From positions 6,321 to 70,320 of IMG/VR virus record IMGVR_UViG_3300044858_004955: a DNA stretch of 64,000 nucleotides, one strand, 5' to 3'. The notes beneath the pieces are model-generated. The model worked only from the letters and a program-made list of their open reading frames with translations. It did no database searches and was not told the origin of the DNA. The position numbers and the translations under genes are program-made. Of the stretch, positions 1-8,362 are shown piece after piece (position 1 is the stretch's first letter; every line of letters starts with the position of its first letter). The stretch is from a virus.

Positions 1-1
1 T

Positions 2-370
2 GCCGAGCCGCCAAAGCCCGCGGTCGTTGAGTTCTCCGCGAACGTAGAGACGATCCGCATCTGCGGCGGGCTTGAGGACTACGCGGGCATCGATCACCCC
101 GAGATGCAGCGTGCCTGCGATGCGTACCGGCGGGCGGCGATCAAGGCGATGGAGGACGACTCGCGGGCTGGTCGGCTCTCAGCCGAGCAGCCGCAGGGTC
201 AGCGCATCCTCCATTCGGTTTGGGCGGGCGTGCGTTGGGGCTACTCACGCGGCGCGATCGGCACGATGGCGCAGTTGACCGAGGACGAGAAGGCAGCCGT
301 GTCGGCGGCCGACGACGCCGGCCGTGAGGCTGCGAGAAAGGTGATCGAGGACGCCGATTCGGCCGCGTGA
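2..370 (+). CDS. hypothetical protein, 5' truncated by window edge
   Basis: Frame of ORF 104..370 is open from position 2. Confidence 0.6.
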   Translation, partial: AEPPKPAVVEFSANVETIRICGGLEDYAGIDHPEMQRACDAYRRAAIKAMEDDSRAGRLSAEQPQGQRILHSVWAGVRWGYSRGAIGTMAQLTEDEKAAVSAADDAGREAARKVIEDADSAA

Positions 371-429
371 GCCGGATCGTGGAAACCAGAACCAGCCGGC
401 CCCGGACGGCGAAACGCGAGGAGACGACG

Positions 430-732
430 ATGACGAACTCGAGCCTGAAGCGGATGAACGATTACGAGCGGCACGGCGCCATCTATGCCGCACTGGTCGG
501 CGCTGGCCTGCATGATTTGATCCACTGCCGCTGGTCGGTCGAGGATCACGACGGGTGCGACACGGCGTGGATGCTGACGGTCGTGTGCTTGGAGCAGACG
601 GCCGAGCGGAAAGTGCCGTTCGACGTCGCTCTGGGCGACCTCGTCGGCGGGCACGCTCCGCGAGGTGCCACGCCGTACCCTGACGCTGCCGAGGCGCTGC
701 TGGCACGGCGTGACGTCGAGGTGGAGGTCTGA
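430..732 (+). CDS. hypothetical early protein
   Basis: GAGGAG RBS then ATG (MTNSS). Confidence 0.65.
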   Translation: MTNSSLKRMNDYERHGAIYAALVGAGLHDLIHCRWSVEDHDGCDTAWMLTVVCLEQTAERKVPFDVALGDLVGGHAPRGATPYPDAAEALLARRDVEVEV

Positions 733-734
733 CA

Positions 735-983
735 GTGCTCGACGAACTGAAAACCGGCGAATGCCGCTGGATGCACCGCCACGACATCCACGTCTACTGC
801 CGTCACCCGCTCCGGCGGGTGCGGCAGGCGGACGGACGCGAGGCGTGGCTGCGGTGCGACGAGGACAGGAGGTACAAGGTCGTGTGCGGGGCGGCCGGAA
901 AGGAGACTGGCTGGATCACGCACGACGAGGCGGTGAGGGCGATCGACCGATTTCTTGCCGGCAGCGTGCCGGCGGCGGCTTGA
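735..983 (+). CDS. hypothetical early protein
   Basis: GGAGG RBS, GTG start, tight packing. Confidence 0.6.
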   Translation: MLDELKTGECRWMHRHDIHVYCRHPLRRVRQADGREAWLRCDEDRRYKVVCGAAGKETGWITHDEAVRAIDRFLAGSVPAAA

Positions 984-1018
984 TGGCCCGGAGCGTGGAA
1001 ACGAGGAGAGCGACTGAG

Positions 1019-1135
1019 ATGTACGCGACCGTGACTCTGCGAGTGAACTGGCAAGGGCACCGCGCCGGAGACGCGGTGACAATCGCCGCTAAAGTAGCGG
1101 TGATCCTTGTGAACCGCGGCGACGCCTGTTGGTAG
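1019..1135 (+). CDS. small hypothetical protein (38 aa)
   Basis: Repeat motif + GAGGAG + ATG (MYATV). Confidence 0.5.
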   Translation: MYATVTLRVNWQGHRAGDAVTIAAKVAVILVNRGDACW

Positions 1136-1154
1136 TGAAAAACGAAGGTGAGCC

Positions 1155-1406
1155 ATGAAAGCCAAGGCAACGAAGAAACACGGATTCCGCGTCGGTCGCA
1201 TCTACAAGTCCATCGGCTACTACGGAGTCGAGCGGTTCAGGTGGAAGTGCGTCAGCATCGACAAGCGGGCCAGCGGCGTGCAGATCGCCGCGTTCAAGAC
1301 ATCTGGCGGGCTGGTTGCCGAGGGGCGAGTGAAGTGGATCGACGGCATCGCGACCGTCCTGCACTATCACATCGGCGGTCGCATCGCAGCGAAGATTCCC
1401 GAGTGA
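1155..1406 (+). CDS. hypothetical early protein
   Basis: GAAGGTG RBS, basic 83 aa ORF. Confidence 0.6.
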   Translation: MKAKATKKHGFRVGRIYKSIGYYGVERFRWKCVSIDKRASGVQIAAFKTSGGLVAEGRVKWIDGIATVLHYHIGGRIAAKIPE

Positions 1407-1480
1407 AACACCTCGCCCCGGGCGGCCCGCCGCCACCCCGGAGCGTAGAAACCCCGTGCGGCGAAACGAGGAGATGGACG

Positions 1481-1669
1481 ATGAAGACCAAGATGATCAA
1501 GAAAGCGACAGTTGAGATGACGAGGGATGAGGCGTCGGCAGTGCTATCGGCTGTGAGCGTGGCACTCGACGCGAACGGTGGCGAGGCACCGGCGAGCGTC
1601 GAGGGTGCTCTATATGAGATCGTGGAGCGACTGAATGCGGCGTTCGATTTCGGCATTGGGGAGGACTGA
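1481..1669 (+). CDS. hypothetical early protein
   Basis: Repeat motif + GAGGAG + ATG (MKTKM). Confidence 0.65.
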   Translation: MKTKMIKKATVEMTRDEASAVLSAVSVALDANGGEAPASVEGALYEIVERLNAAFDFGIGED

Positions 1670-1671
1670 CG

Positions 1672-1893
1672 ATGAAGACGGCACAAGAGTCATGGAGCAT
1701 GGTCGCGGCCGGTGGTGAGCCGATCGCAAGTGGGCTGTCATGCTGGGAGGACGTCTTAGACAAGGCTCTCGCCACGTTCGACGGCCAGTTCGTGGATTGG
1801 CGACGGCCTCGCGGCAAATCGTTCGTGGTGTGGGAATTCTTCGACGTGCGGACAAACGTGGTGGTCGCCGAAGTGTTCTGCGACTACGAGTGA
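1672..1893 (+). CDS. hypothetical early protein
   Basis: GGAGG RBS, starts 2 nt after previous stop. Confidence 0.6.
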   Translation: MKTAQESWSMVAAGGEPIASGLSCWEDVLDKALATFDGQFVDWRRPRGKSFVVWEFFDVRTNVVVAEVFCDYE

Positions 1894-1941
1894 GTGGTTG
1901 AGGCACCAGCCGCCCCGTGCGGCGAAACGAAAGGTGAAGCG

Positions 1942-2133
1942 ATGACCAACAGACTCACCCCATATGCGTCAGGCTGGCTCACGTTCCTCGTCGATGCCGG
2001 GATTGCGACCCGGCTCGAGGCCGAGGATGCGATGGGTCGCGTTGCGGCGGCTGCGATCGATGAGATGGAGCGCCGGCGGAAACTCAAACGCCGGCAGAAA
2101 CGCTCACGGCGACGGCGCCGCGAGGACGATTAG
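1942..2133 (+). CDS. hypothetical protein with Arg-rich tail
   Basis: Repeat motif + AAGGTG + ATG (MTNRL). Confidence 0.6.
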   Translation: MTNRLTPYASGWLTFLVDAGIATRLEAEDAMGRVAAAAIDEMERRRKLKRRQKRSRRRRREDD

Positions 2134-2159
2134 ACGGCAGGACAGGACAACGCTAGGCT
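2131..2159 (+). promoter_or_regulatory. candidate sigma70-type promoter
   Basis: TAGACG-17 bp-TAGGCT at the start of an intergenic gap. Confidence 0.3.
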
Positions 2160-2230
2160 ACTGGCCCCGCCATCGGCGGAGGTCCGGCACGTCGCCGGCC
2201 CCCGGCCGTGGCAACCCAAGGATGTGTGTG

Positions 2231-2512
2231 ATGTATATCGTGAAGGCGTATCGAGGTACTAGCGACGGCAAGCCGCTCGCTGTCGTGGCCGAGGTCGAGG
2301 CGGTGCAGCACGGAGAGCGGACGCTCTACCGGCACCTGCGGTCGGGGCGTGTCGAGCCGATCTGTGAGTGGATGGGCGAGAAGGTCGTCGAGACACGCGA
2401 GGATGCCGTCGTCATCGTCGAGAAGATGCTCGACGGTTTTGCGGATGAGTACCGGCAGAACTGCCGCGAGGCGGTCGAGCGGTTGCGTGCTGAGGGGGTG
2501 GTGACGGTATGA
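2231..2512 (+). CDS. hypothetical protein
   Basis: AAGGA RBS, ATG (MYIVK), coupled to next gene. Confidence 0.6.
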   Translation: MYIVKAYRGTSDGKPLAVVAEVEAVQHGERTLYRHLRSGRVEPICEWMGEKVVETREDAVVIVEKMLDGFADEYRQNCREAVERLRAEGVVTV

Positions 2513-2769
2513 TCGGCTTCGTTCGTGACACTTGGCGGGCCGTACTCGTCGTGGTCGTCGCCGTGCTGCTTCGCGAGGTCTTCGCGGAGCGGCCGGCGGC
2601 CCCGGCCCCGACCGTGGCAACCAGTACGTGGCAGCCTACCCCGGCCGTGGCAACCGGCTGGCCCGTGCAACAGATCGTGGTCGAGCAGCCGCCGGCACGG
2701 CCGCTGCGAAGGATCGGAGAGGCGTTCGTGGACTTGGGTGACGCAGTGATAGGAGCGGTGAGACGATGA
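2509..2769 (+). CDS. small membrane protein
   Basis: N-terminal hydrophobic stretch AVLVVVVAVLL, ATGA overlaps. Confidence 0.6.
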   Translation: MIGFVRDTWRAVLVVVVAVLLREVFAERPAAPAPTVATSTWQPTPAVATGWPVQQIVVEQPPARPLRRIGEAFVDLGDAVIGAVRR

Positions 2770-3056
2770 AGATCGACACAGACGACTACCTGACGATCGA
2801 GGAGACGATGGAGGCGATCGGCTGCTCGATGCGGTCAGTCTACCGGGCCATCGACGCGGCGGCGGCCGACGGGATCACCGTCGATACGTACATCTTCGGC
2901 AAGCGGCTCGTCCTGCGGAAGATGCTCGACGCCGTCAGGGCGAGGTACTTCCCATTCGGCAGCAAGCGGCGGAGCGAGTTGGCGGTCGAGTGCGGCCAAC
3001 GAGGCGGCCTGACGAAGGCGGCGAACGCTCGCCGGCGGGCGAGGCAGGCTGACTAG
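2766..3056 (+). CDS. helix-turn-helix DNA-binding protein (excisionase-like)
   Basis: YLTIEETMEAIGCSMRSVYRAI motif. Confidence 0.65.
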   Translation: MKIDTDDYLTIEETMEAIGCSMRSVYRAIDAAAADGITVDTYIFGKRLVLRKMLDAVRARYFPFGSKRRSELAVECGQRGGLTKAANARRRARQAD

Positions 3057-3358
3057 CCTCCTTCGCTGCGCGTCTTCTGCGAGTGGCAGGTGCGGCAGAG
3101 CAACTGGAGGCCAGAGATCGGAGTCGCCTCAGCGGCCTCGTCGGTACGCTTCCTATCAACGTGATCGATATGCGCGTCCCCAGCCTGATGAATCAGTTTC
3201 CCGCACGCCCGGCAGAGGCCGCCGTCGCGGGCGATCACGGCGAGCCGGACACGCTGCCACGCCGCGGAGCCGTACCCTCGTCGCGTCGAGTTGGGCCGGG
3301 CGTCATCGACACGCTTCGGTATCCACGGTGGCCGGTACGTGGGAACGCGATGCGGCAT
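3053..3358 (-). CDS. HNH endonuclease (packaging-associated type)
   Basis: RGYGSAAWQRVR..RDGGLCRAC..HIDH..LQLLCRTCHSQKT. Confidence 0.9.
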   Translation of the reverse strand: MPHRVPTYRPPWIPKRVDDARPNSTRRGYGSAAWQRVRLAVIARDGGLCRACGKLIHQAGDAHIDHVDRKRTDEAAEATPISGLQLLCRTCHSQKTRSEGG

Positions 3359-3681
3359 CAGCCCTTCGCCTCCTGTGCCCAGCCAGCCAGCATGACGCGG
3401 TGGGCCTCGTTCTCGAGCCACCAGTCGATCACGAGGCGGATGATGAGGTTCGCGAGTGCGGACAACAGGAACACGGCGACGACGCTTCCGTACCGCTCGC
3501 GGAGACGCACGGCCATCCTTGCCTGTAACACCTCCTCTATCCGATCGACTTGGCAGCCGACAGGCCATTCCTCCACGATCTGCTCGACGAGGCGGTCGCG
3601 GAGCGGGCCGTGGAGCGCCAGCCGCATCGAGCCGCGCCGCAAGATGAACGCCTTCAGCGGCCCGTATTTCGTGGCGGCCAT
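3358..3681 (-). CDS. hypothetical membrane protein
   Basis: Hydrophobic segment VVAVFLLSALANLII. Confidence 0.6.
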   Translation of the reverse strand: MAATKYGPLKAFILRRGSMRLALHGPLRDRLVEQIVEEWPVGCQVDRIEEVLQARMAVRLRERYGSVVAVFLLSALANLIIRLVIDWWLENEAHRVMLAGWAQEAKG

Positions 3682-4010
3682 CCCGGCCTCCCTTCGGTAG
3701 GGGCGACGGCCTTCTTGGCCTTGCACTTGCACGTCTCAGGGCAGCGGCAGGAGACGTCGGCGAGGCCGTCGCCGGACTTCTCGACCCCCGTACCGTTGCA
3801 CCGGCAGCCTTTCTCGCAACCGTCCGGCGAAACCGGAGCGGGCGTGCTCTCGGCGGCTTCGGCGATGCCGTATGCCCCGGCCGTGGCAACCAGCGGCTGG
3901 AGGTTCAACCTCGACGCCACCGGAAGCCGTGGCGTGCATGAGAGCGGCAGGGCGGCGGCGGTCGTGAGCATGATCACGCCGGCGACGTCGGCGACGATGT
4001 CGGTCCTCAT
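3654..4010 (-). CDS. exported Cys-rich hypothetical protein
   Basis: Hydrophobic N-terminus, CxCxGxG..CxC..CxC motifs. Confidence 0.55.
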   Translation of the reverse strand: MRTDIVADVAGVIMLTTAAALPLSCTPRLPVASRLNLQPLVATAGAYGIAEAAESTPAPVSPDGCEKGCRCNGTGVEKSGDGLADVSCRCPETCKCKAKKAVAPTEGRPGWPPRNTGR

Positions 4011-5011
4011 ACGTTGCCCTCCGCTCCATACGATCTCAGCGTCCGCGGCGGCCATCCCGCCACGCTCGAGAGTGCGACGACCTGACCACGCATGAGCACG
4101 GACGCCTTCGTCCAGTAGGCGCCTTCGGGGATCAGGAGCGATGTGCCGCGGACGGTGCGCGGACCCTTGTTCCACCTGTTCCAACTATTCAGGACGGCCG
4201 CGAGCGGCTCGCCGTAGATCGCGATCGTTTCAGGGCGATCATCGAAGCCCACGATCCCTTGGGCGTGTGCCCACGACCCGGGAACAACAGGCGAGAATCC
4301 GTTCTCATCGCGGGTGTTCGACCACTTCAGCGACGAGCAGAAATAGCAGCCATATCCTGCCCACAAGAAGTCACGCATCGCTTCGACGCTCTTCACGAAC
4401 GTCGCGGTGCGGACGAGGTGCTGCCGACCGTAGTCGCGGATGGAGTCGGGTGGCTTCTTCGCGCCGTACCGAACAGCCGTCCTCGCGTCGTACTCGGTCA
4501 GATCAAGGTTGAACTCCGGGTATGGCTTGCGAATCCAGATGCCGCAGTCGGTCGTGATCGCACGAGCCGCACCACTGCAAGTCCAGCCGCCACTATCCCA
4601 CCCGCGCCACCAATAAGCAGCCTCTGAAACGAGGACGCAACTTGCGACGCCTTTCGGAGAAACCTCCGGCTTTCCTTCGATGACGCCGGTCACTTCGTCC
4701 GGCCTGCCGTCAAGCAGTTCGGTCGTCCACGTCAGAAGCGCGCTGCGATTGAGCGCCCAAGCGACACAGTCTGACGTTCCTTGAGGCGGCCCCGGCCAGC
4801 ACCCGGGCCACGTCCGCAGGACGTCCTCCCACCGTGCGATCAGGAGTCCTTTGCCCTTGCCTGCAAACTCCCACTCGTGCGCGATGTGGTCGCCGTCCGG
4901 GTCGCCGCCGTGGCGGATGATCGAGTCGACGGCTAGTTCGTCTTCGCGTGGGTCGATCCACGCGCCGCGCATCCCGCGGTCATAGTCGATGACCGGGTCG
5001 AAGTCACTCAT
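4007..5011 (-). CDS. papain-like (C1) cysteine peptidase
   Basis: QGTSDCVAW (Gln/Cys), WAHAQ (His), LNSW (Asn). Confidence 0.75.
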   Translation of the reverse strand: MSDFDPVIDYDRGMRGAWIDPREDELAVDSIIRHGGDPDGDHIAHEWEFAGKGKGLLIARWEDVLRTWPGCWPGPPQGTSDCVAWALNRSALLTWTTELLDGRPDEVTGVIEGKPEVSPKGVASCVLVSEAAYWWRGWDSGGWTCSGAARAITTDCGIWIRKPYPEFNLDLTEYDARTAVRYGAKKPPDSIRDYGRQHLVRTATFVKSVEAMRDFLWAGYGCYFCSSLKWSNTRDENGFSPVVPGSWAHAQGIVGFDDRPETIAIYGEPLAAVLNSWNRWNKGPRTVRGTSLLIPEGAYWTKASVLMRGQVVALSSVAGWPPRTLRSYGAEGNV

Positions 5012-5495
5012 CGCGGCGTATCCCGAACGACCATGAGAGCGCTTGGCACGCCGCAATCAGTTTCGCACGGGAGTCCGCCGTGACCGGCTTCGACTCCGGC
5101 CCGTTCGCGTTGACGAACACGAGGTCGATCGCCTTGTCGAGGCCGGGATACTTGCCGACGTTTTGCTTGTCGATCGACAGCCGCAGGGAGTTCGCATGGA
5201 ACGCCGCGAACTGGTCGGTCGTGGAGATGATCGGGCGATCGCGCTGGCCGTCGCGGAGGAGCACGTAACTCATCGCGTCGTAGAGTTGCGCGAGGTACAG
5301 GCGGTCGGCCGGCATCATCTGCGGCAGGATCGGAACCAGCGGCTCCGCCCACTTGAGCAGAGCGGCCTCCGGCTTCGTCACGGCGGAGTCAGGCACGTCC
5401 GCAGGCGGCCACGCGAGGTCGAGGATAGAACCCTTCCACGCAAAAAACAGGATCACGACGGCCACGACGATCCTCATCGGGATGGCAAGTTTCAT
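5004..5495 (-). CDS. membrane-anchored hypothetical protein
   Basis: N-terminal TM IVVAVVILFFAW. Confidence 0.65.
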   Translation of the reverse strand: MKLAIPMRIVVAVVILFFAWKGSILDLAWPPADVPDSAVTKPEAALLKWAEPLVPILPQMMPADRLYLAQLYDAMSYVLLRDGQRDRPIISTTDQFAAFHANSLRLSIDKQNVGKYPGLDKAIDLVFVNANGPESKPVTADSRAKLIAACQALSWSFGIRRDE

Positions 5496-5764
5496 TTGTC
5501 GGACCCGTCCACGAGGCCGAGGGTGAGGACGTCGATCGCCTTCTTGCGGTCGTCGTCCAGCGTGCCGGTCGCCCGCAGACGCAGCCTCACGTTCGCGAGT
5601 GCGACGATCGCCTCCTTGTAGGAAGGCCCGACGAGCGCCGCCGGGTCATGGTCGCCGTCATCCGAGCCGATCCACCCGATGACGCTCTCTCCGAGCGCCA
5701 TGATCTGCGGCCAGATTGCCACGGCCACCGCGATCGCCACGGCGATGTACTGCATCGTCGTCAT
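5492..5764 (-). CDS. small membrane protein
   Basis: MTTMQYIAVAIAVAVAIWP; ATGA overlaps. Confidence 0.6.
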   Translation of the reverse strand: MTTMQYIAVAIAVAVAIWPQIMALGESVIGWIGSDDGDHDPAALVGPSYKEAIVALANVRLRLRATGTLDDDRKKAIDVLTLGLVDGSDK

Positions 5765-6048
5765 TCGATCCCTCCGGCGATCTTGGCGTAGGCCCAGTCG
5801 AAGGCTTCCTTGCCTTCCTTGGTCCGCAGGACCGCCTCGACGTGCCGGAGCGTCTCGTCGTCGAGCGACGTCGTGCTCTTGCCGGCGGCCCACTGGAGCG
5901 TCTTCACGATCGCCACGGCCTGCTCGTGCGGCGACTGCGCACTGCCGATGATCTGGAGTTGCGCGAGGAGCGGCGCCCACTCCGCGAGCAGTTTTAGGCG
6001 GTCGAGCAGCGGGAACCCGGCACCGTAGATTTCCTCGTCATTTTCCAT
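5761..6048 (-). CDS. hypothetical protein
   Basis: GGAGG RBS, coupled ORF. Confidence 0.65.
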   Translation of the reverse strand: MENDEEIYGAGFPLLDRLKLLAEWAPLLAQLQIIGSAQSPHEQAVAIVKTLQWAAGKSTTSLDDETLRHVEAVLRTKEGKEAFDWAYAKIAGGIE

Positions 6049-6232
6049 CGCGAGCCTCCCTTGCTCCGTACAAGAACCGGATATATGCGGGCGAAAGCGT
6101 CCGCGGCGTGCTGGTTAGCGCGCCCCAGTGAACGGGCGGCGGGTCCGAAACCTTCGCCATGAGAGGCGGCGAGTCATCGCCACCCCTTGCGACGAAGTCC
6201 CGCTCGTCGAGTTGTTCATCCGGCTGCGCCAT
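6038..6232 (-). CDS. hypothetical protein
   Basis: Fills gap in coupled operon. Confidence 0.5.
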   Translation of the reverse strand: MAQPDEQLDERDFVARGGDDSPPLMAKVSDPPPVHWGALTSTPRTLSPAYIRFLYGAREARDGK

Positions 6233-6410
6233 GCGTCGCGTAGTTCATTAAGTCGTAGCAGTCGTTGAACACGCATTCCCCGATGTCCCGCAGTTCACGC
6301 CGCGGGGCCGGGGTATCGAACTTCCACGTTTCCTGCTCCACGACGTTCGAGCCGACGGTCAGCACGAGCGTCGCGGATTTCTGCGTCAGCAGCAGGCGCA
6401 CCTCGGTCAC
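6216..6410 (-). CDS. hypothetical protein
   Basis: AGGAGG RBS, GTG start (VTEVR). Confidence 0.55.
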   Translation of the reverse strand: MTEVRLLLTQKSATLVLTVGSNVVEQETWKFDTPAPRRELRDIGECVFNDCYDLMNYATHGAAG

Positions 6411-6429
6411 TGTTGTCGCCTCCTGTGGT

Positions 6430-6747
6430 CTACTCCAGTCTACCACGCGGGGGGCCGACCAGCCGTGACTCCCGCTCATCGGGAGTCCAGCCAGCACGAA
6501 TCTTCGCACAAGCCGCACGGATCGTTTTCTCGTCAGGCTCGTACAGGTCGACCTCGGGCCGCTCGCCGAGGCCCATCGACACGGCGAGGGCATCGATCTC
6601 GGCAGGTGCCATCGCCAACTCGTCTGCAATCTCCTCGATCGTCGAGTCGCCCGACCAGAGCATGCGCAGGCGCCTCTTGAGATTGGCCGCCGCCTTCGAG
6701 GCCGCCAACTCCTCCGGCGTCATCCTGCGTCGTGGTGATCCGACCAT
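6430..6747 (-). CDS. putative HTH protein (GcrA-N-like), paralog of 9762 and 10034 genes
   Basis: LWSGDSTIEEIADEL and EPDEKTIRAACAKIRAGWT. Confidence 0.55.
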   Translation of the reverse strand: MVGSPRRRMTPEELAASKAAANLKRRLRMLWSGDSTIEEIADELAMAPAEIDALAVSMGLGERPEVDLYEPDEKTIRAACAKIRAGWTPDERESRLVGPPRGRLE

Positions 6748-6749
6748 GC

Positions 6750-7613
6750 TCAGATAGCCACATAGCGGCAGCCGGGGTTCAGGTACATCTGGTAGCCCGC
6801 CTCACGCATCGCACGATGGTGGGCGACGTGCTCGCAGTCCCCGCCGACGTAGCCGCCGTGCAGGAACGCCTCGGTCCAGTACACGGCGAGGCCGCCGAAC
6901 GCCGAGTACAGCGAGATCGGGTGCGACCCGACCGGCGGCAGGAGAAAGTGAAACCACTCCATGCCGACCTCCTCGCGGCGGTCTCGCCAGTCGTTGAGCC
7001 GGGCCGCCCATGCGTCGTAGCCCAGCACCTTCGCGACGCCGCGTCCGTGCTGGTGCCGCATGACCGAGTAGGACGCCATGCCGCCGGCCTGAAGGGCGTC
7101 GTGCCGGCTCGAGAGCCGCCCCAGCCACCCGATCGAATTGAAGACTCCGTCGACGCTGAACCCGCCGGCAGGGTCGCAGTCGAGCACGATCGTCCACGCC
7201 GTCTTCGGCGCCTCGTCGCGGACGTACCGCAGGCACTCGTTGCGGCAGTAGGCGAGGCGATTCGTGCGGTCGGCCCCGAACCCGCGGATGTCCTCGCCGC
7301 CCAGCGTCTCGTGGTCGACCGTCACACCGAACGTCGCACGGGCGTAGTCATCGAGCAGCCCGTCGGTGCCGTCGACCGAGTCGTTCTCGAACACGTAGAC
7401 GCTCGAGTCGTTGAAACCCTTTCGCACCTCCTCGACCAATCGCAGCGTGTTCTCGATCTCAGGCCGGGCGTTTCTCGCGATCATCACGATCGCCGCGTCG
7501 AGTTCCTTCGCCGCCCCGCGGCCGATGGCGACGGCGGTGCGGTAGGACTCCTCGTAGACAGGGTCCACCGGCCAGAAGTCCTCCGGGCGGATCAGTTGTT
7601 TTGAAACGTCCAT
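6750..7613 (-). CDS. glycosyltransferase, GT-A (CAP59-like)
   Basis: VFENDSVDGT, RLAYCRN, VLDCD (DxD), SAFGGLAVY, DCEHV. Confidence 0.8.
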   Translation of the reverse strand: MDVSKQLIRPEDFWPVDPVYEESYRTAVAIGRGAAKELDAAIVMIARNARPEIENTLRLVEEVRKGFNDSSVYVFENDSVDGTDGLLDDYARATFGVTVDHETLGGEDIRGFGADRTNRLAYCRNECLRYVRDEAPKTAWTIVLDCDPAGGFSVDGVFNSIGWLGRLSSRHDALQAGGMASYSVMRHQHGRGVAKVLGYDAWAARLNDWRDRREEVGMEWFHFLLPPVGSHPISLYSAFGGLAVYWTEAFLHGGYVGGDCEHVAHHRAMREAGYQMYLNPGCRYVAI

Positions 7614-8362
7614 AGTTCGATCGGTTGGTTGATGATCAGTCGCGGATCGCACCATATCTCCCCTCCCAGTTGTCGTATTCGGTCGCATAGACCGACGAAT
7701 CCCTCGTTCTCCATCCGGGCGCCGCATCGCAGGTACTCACCTTTGATGAGCGCGACGCTCCCCACCGTGTCGAGGCGGAACGGCTCCGTCGAATAGCACG
7801 GCGAGTACGGTGGCACCGAAGTGAATCGCACGCCATCGTGCCTATACCCCCATGTGTCGTAGAAGAACGGCAGCGGCGCCGGGCCTCCGTTCAGGTGCAA
7901 CTGGAGGTGCTCGCCGAGCCGGAGCGCTCCGTCGCACAGGTCGAGCGAGCGGTCCATGCCGACGCTCGCGAGACACGGCCACCCGCCGGCGACGGCACGC
8001 TTCTCGTCGCCATCGAGGACGTCGGCCAGCCGCTGCACCACGTCCGGCGGCGAGATCAGGTCGCTCTCGTGGATGAGCACACGCCCGGCCCCGTGCATGA
8101 GCGCGGCGTTGATCGCGACGTCACCCACGAGCGAGCAGGCGAGCAGGCGGTCGGCCGGTTTGTCCCAAGGCTCGACGATCAAAATCACCGGCACCGGCGA
8201 GTTTTCGATCACGAACCGCAGCATCTTCTCGGTGGCGTCGTTCGTCGGCCGGACGACCCATACCCAGCCGGACACGCCGGCCTTGTCCAAGAGGTGGCTG
8301 GTCCGCCGGACGAAATGCTTCCCGACGTCGCCCATCCACGCAGAGATGCCGATGGTCGTCAT
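7592..8362 (-). CDS. putative glycosyltransferase (GT-A-like)
   Basis: LIHESDL, FYDTWGYR, LDTVGSVALI; lies between a GT and a sugar aminotransferase. Confidence 0.55.
   Translation of the reverse strand: MTTIGISAWMGDVGKHFVRRTSHLLDKAGVSGWVWVVRPTNDATEKMLRFVIENSPVPVILIVEPWDKPADRLLACSLVGDVAINAALMHGAGRVLIHESDLISPPDVVQRLADVLDGDEKRAVAGGWPCLASVGMDRSLDLCDGALRLGEHLQLHLNGGPAPLPFFYDTWGYRHDGVRFTSVPPYSPCYSTEPFRLDTVGSVALIKGEYLRCGARMENEGFVGLCDRIRQLGGEIWCDPRLIINQPIELWTFQNN

Larger units (their letters stand above)
372..1929 (+). repeat. dispersed intergenic motifs CCGGA(G/T)CGTRGAAAC and CCCCG(TG/GA)CGGCGAAACG upstream of small early genes
   Basis: Copies at 372-386, 400-416, 987-1003, 1436-1452, 1452-1468, 1913-1929; each cluster ends just upstream of an RBS. 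Confidence 0.8.
2200..3891 (+). repeat. 17-bp dispersed direct repeat CCCCGGCCGTGGCAACC
   Basis: Exact at 2200-2216, 2639-2655, 3875-3891; one-mismatch copy at 2606-2622. Confidence 0.8.

Noticed and set aside
372-3891. Repeated motifs as a CRISPR array
   Set aside because: Repeats are 15-17 bp, irregularly spaced and separated by whole genes; no cas genes
3654-4010. Spanin-type lipoprotein
   Set aside because: LPLSC is a poor lipobox and the N-terminus is acidic; not supportable
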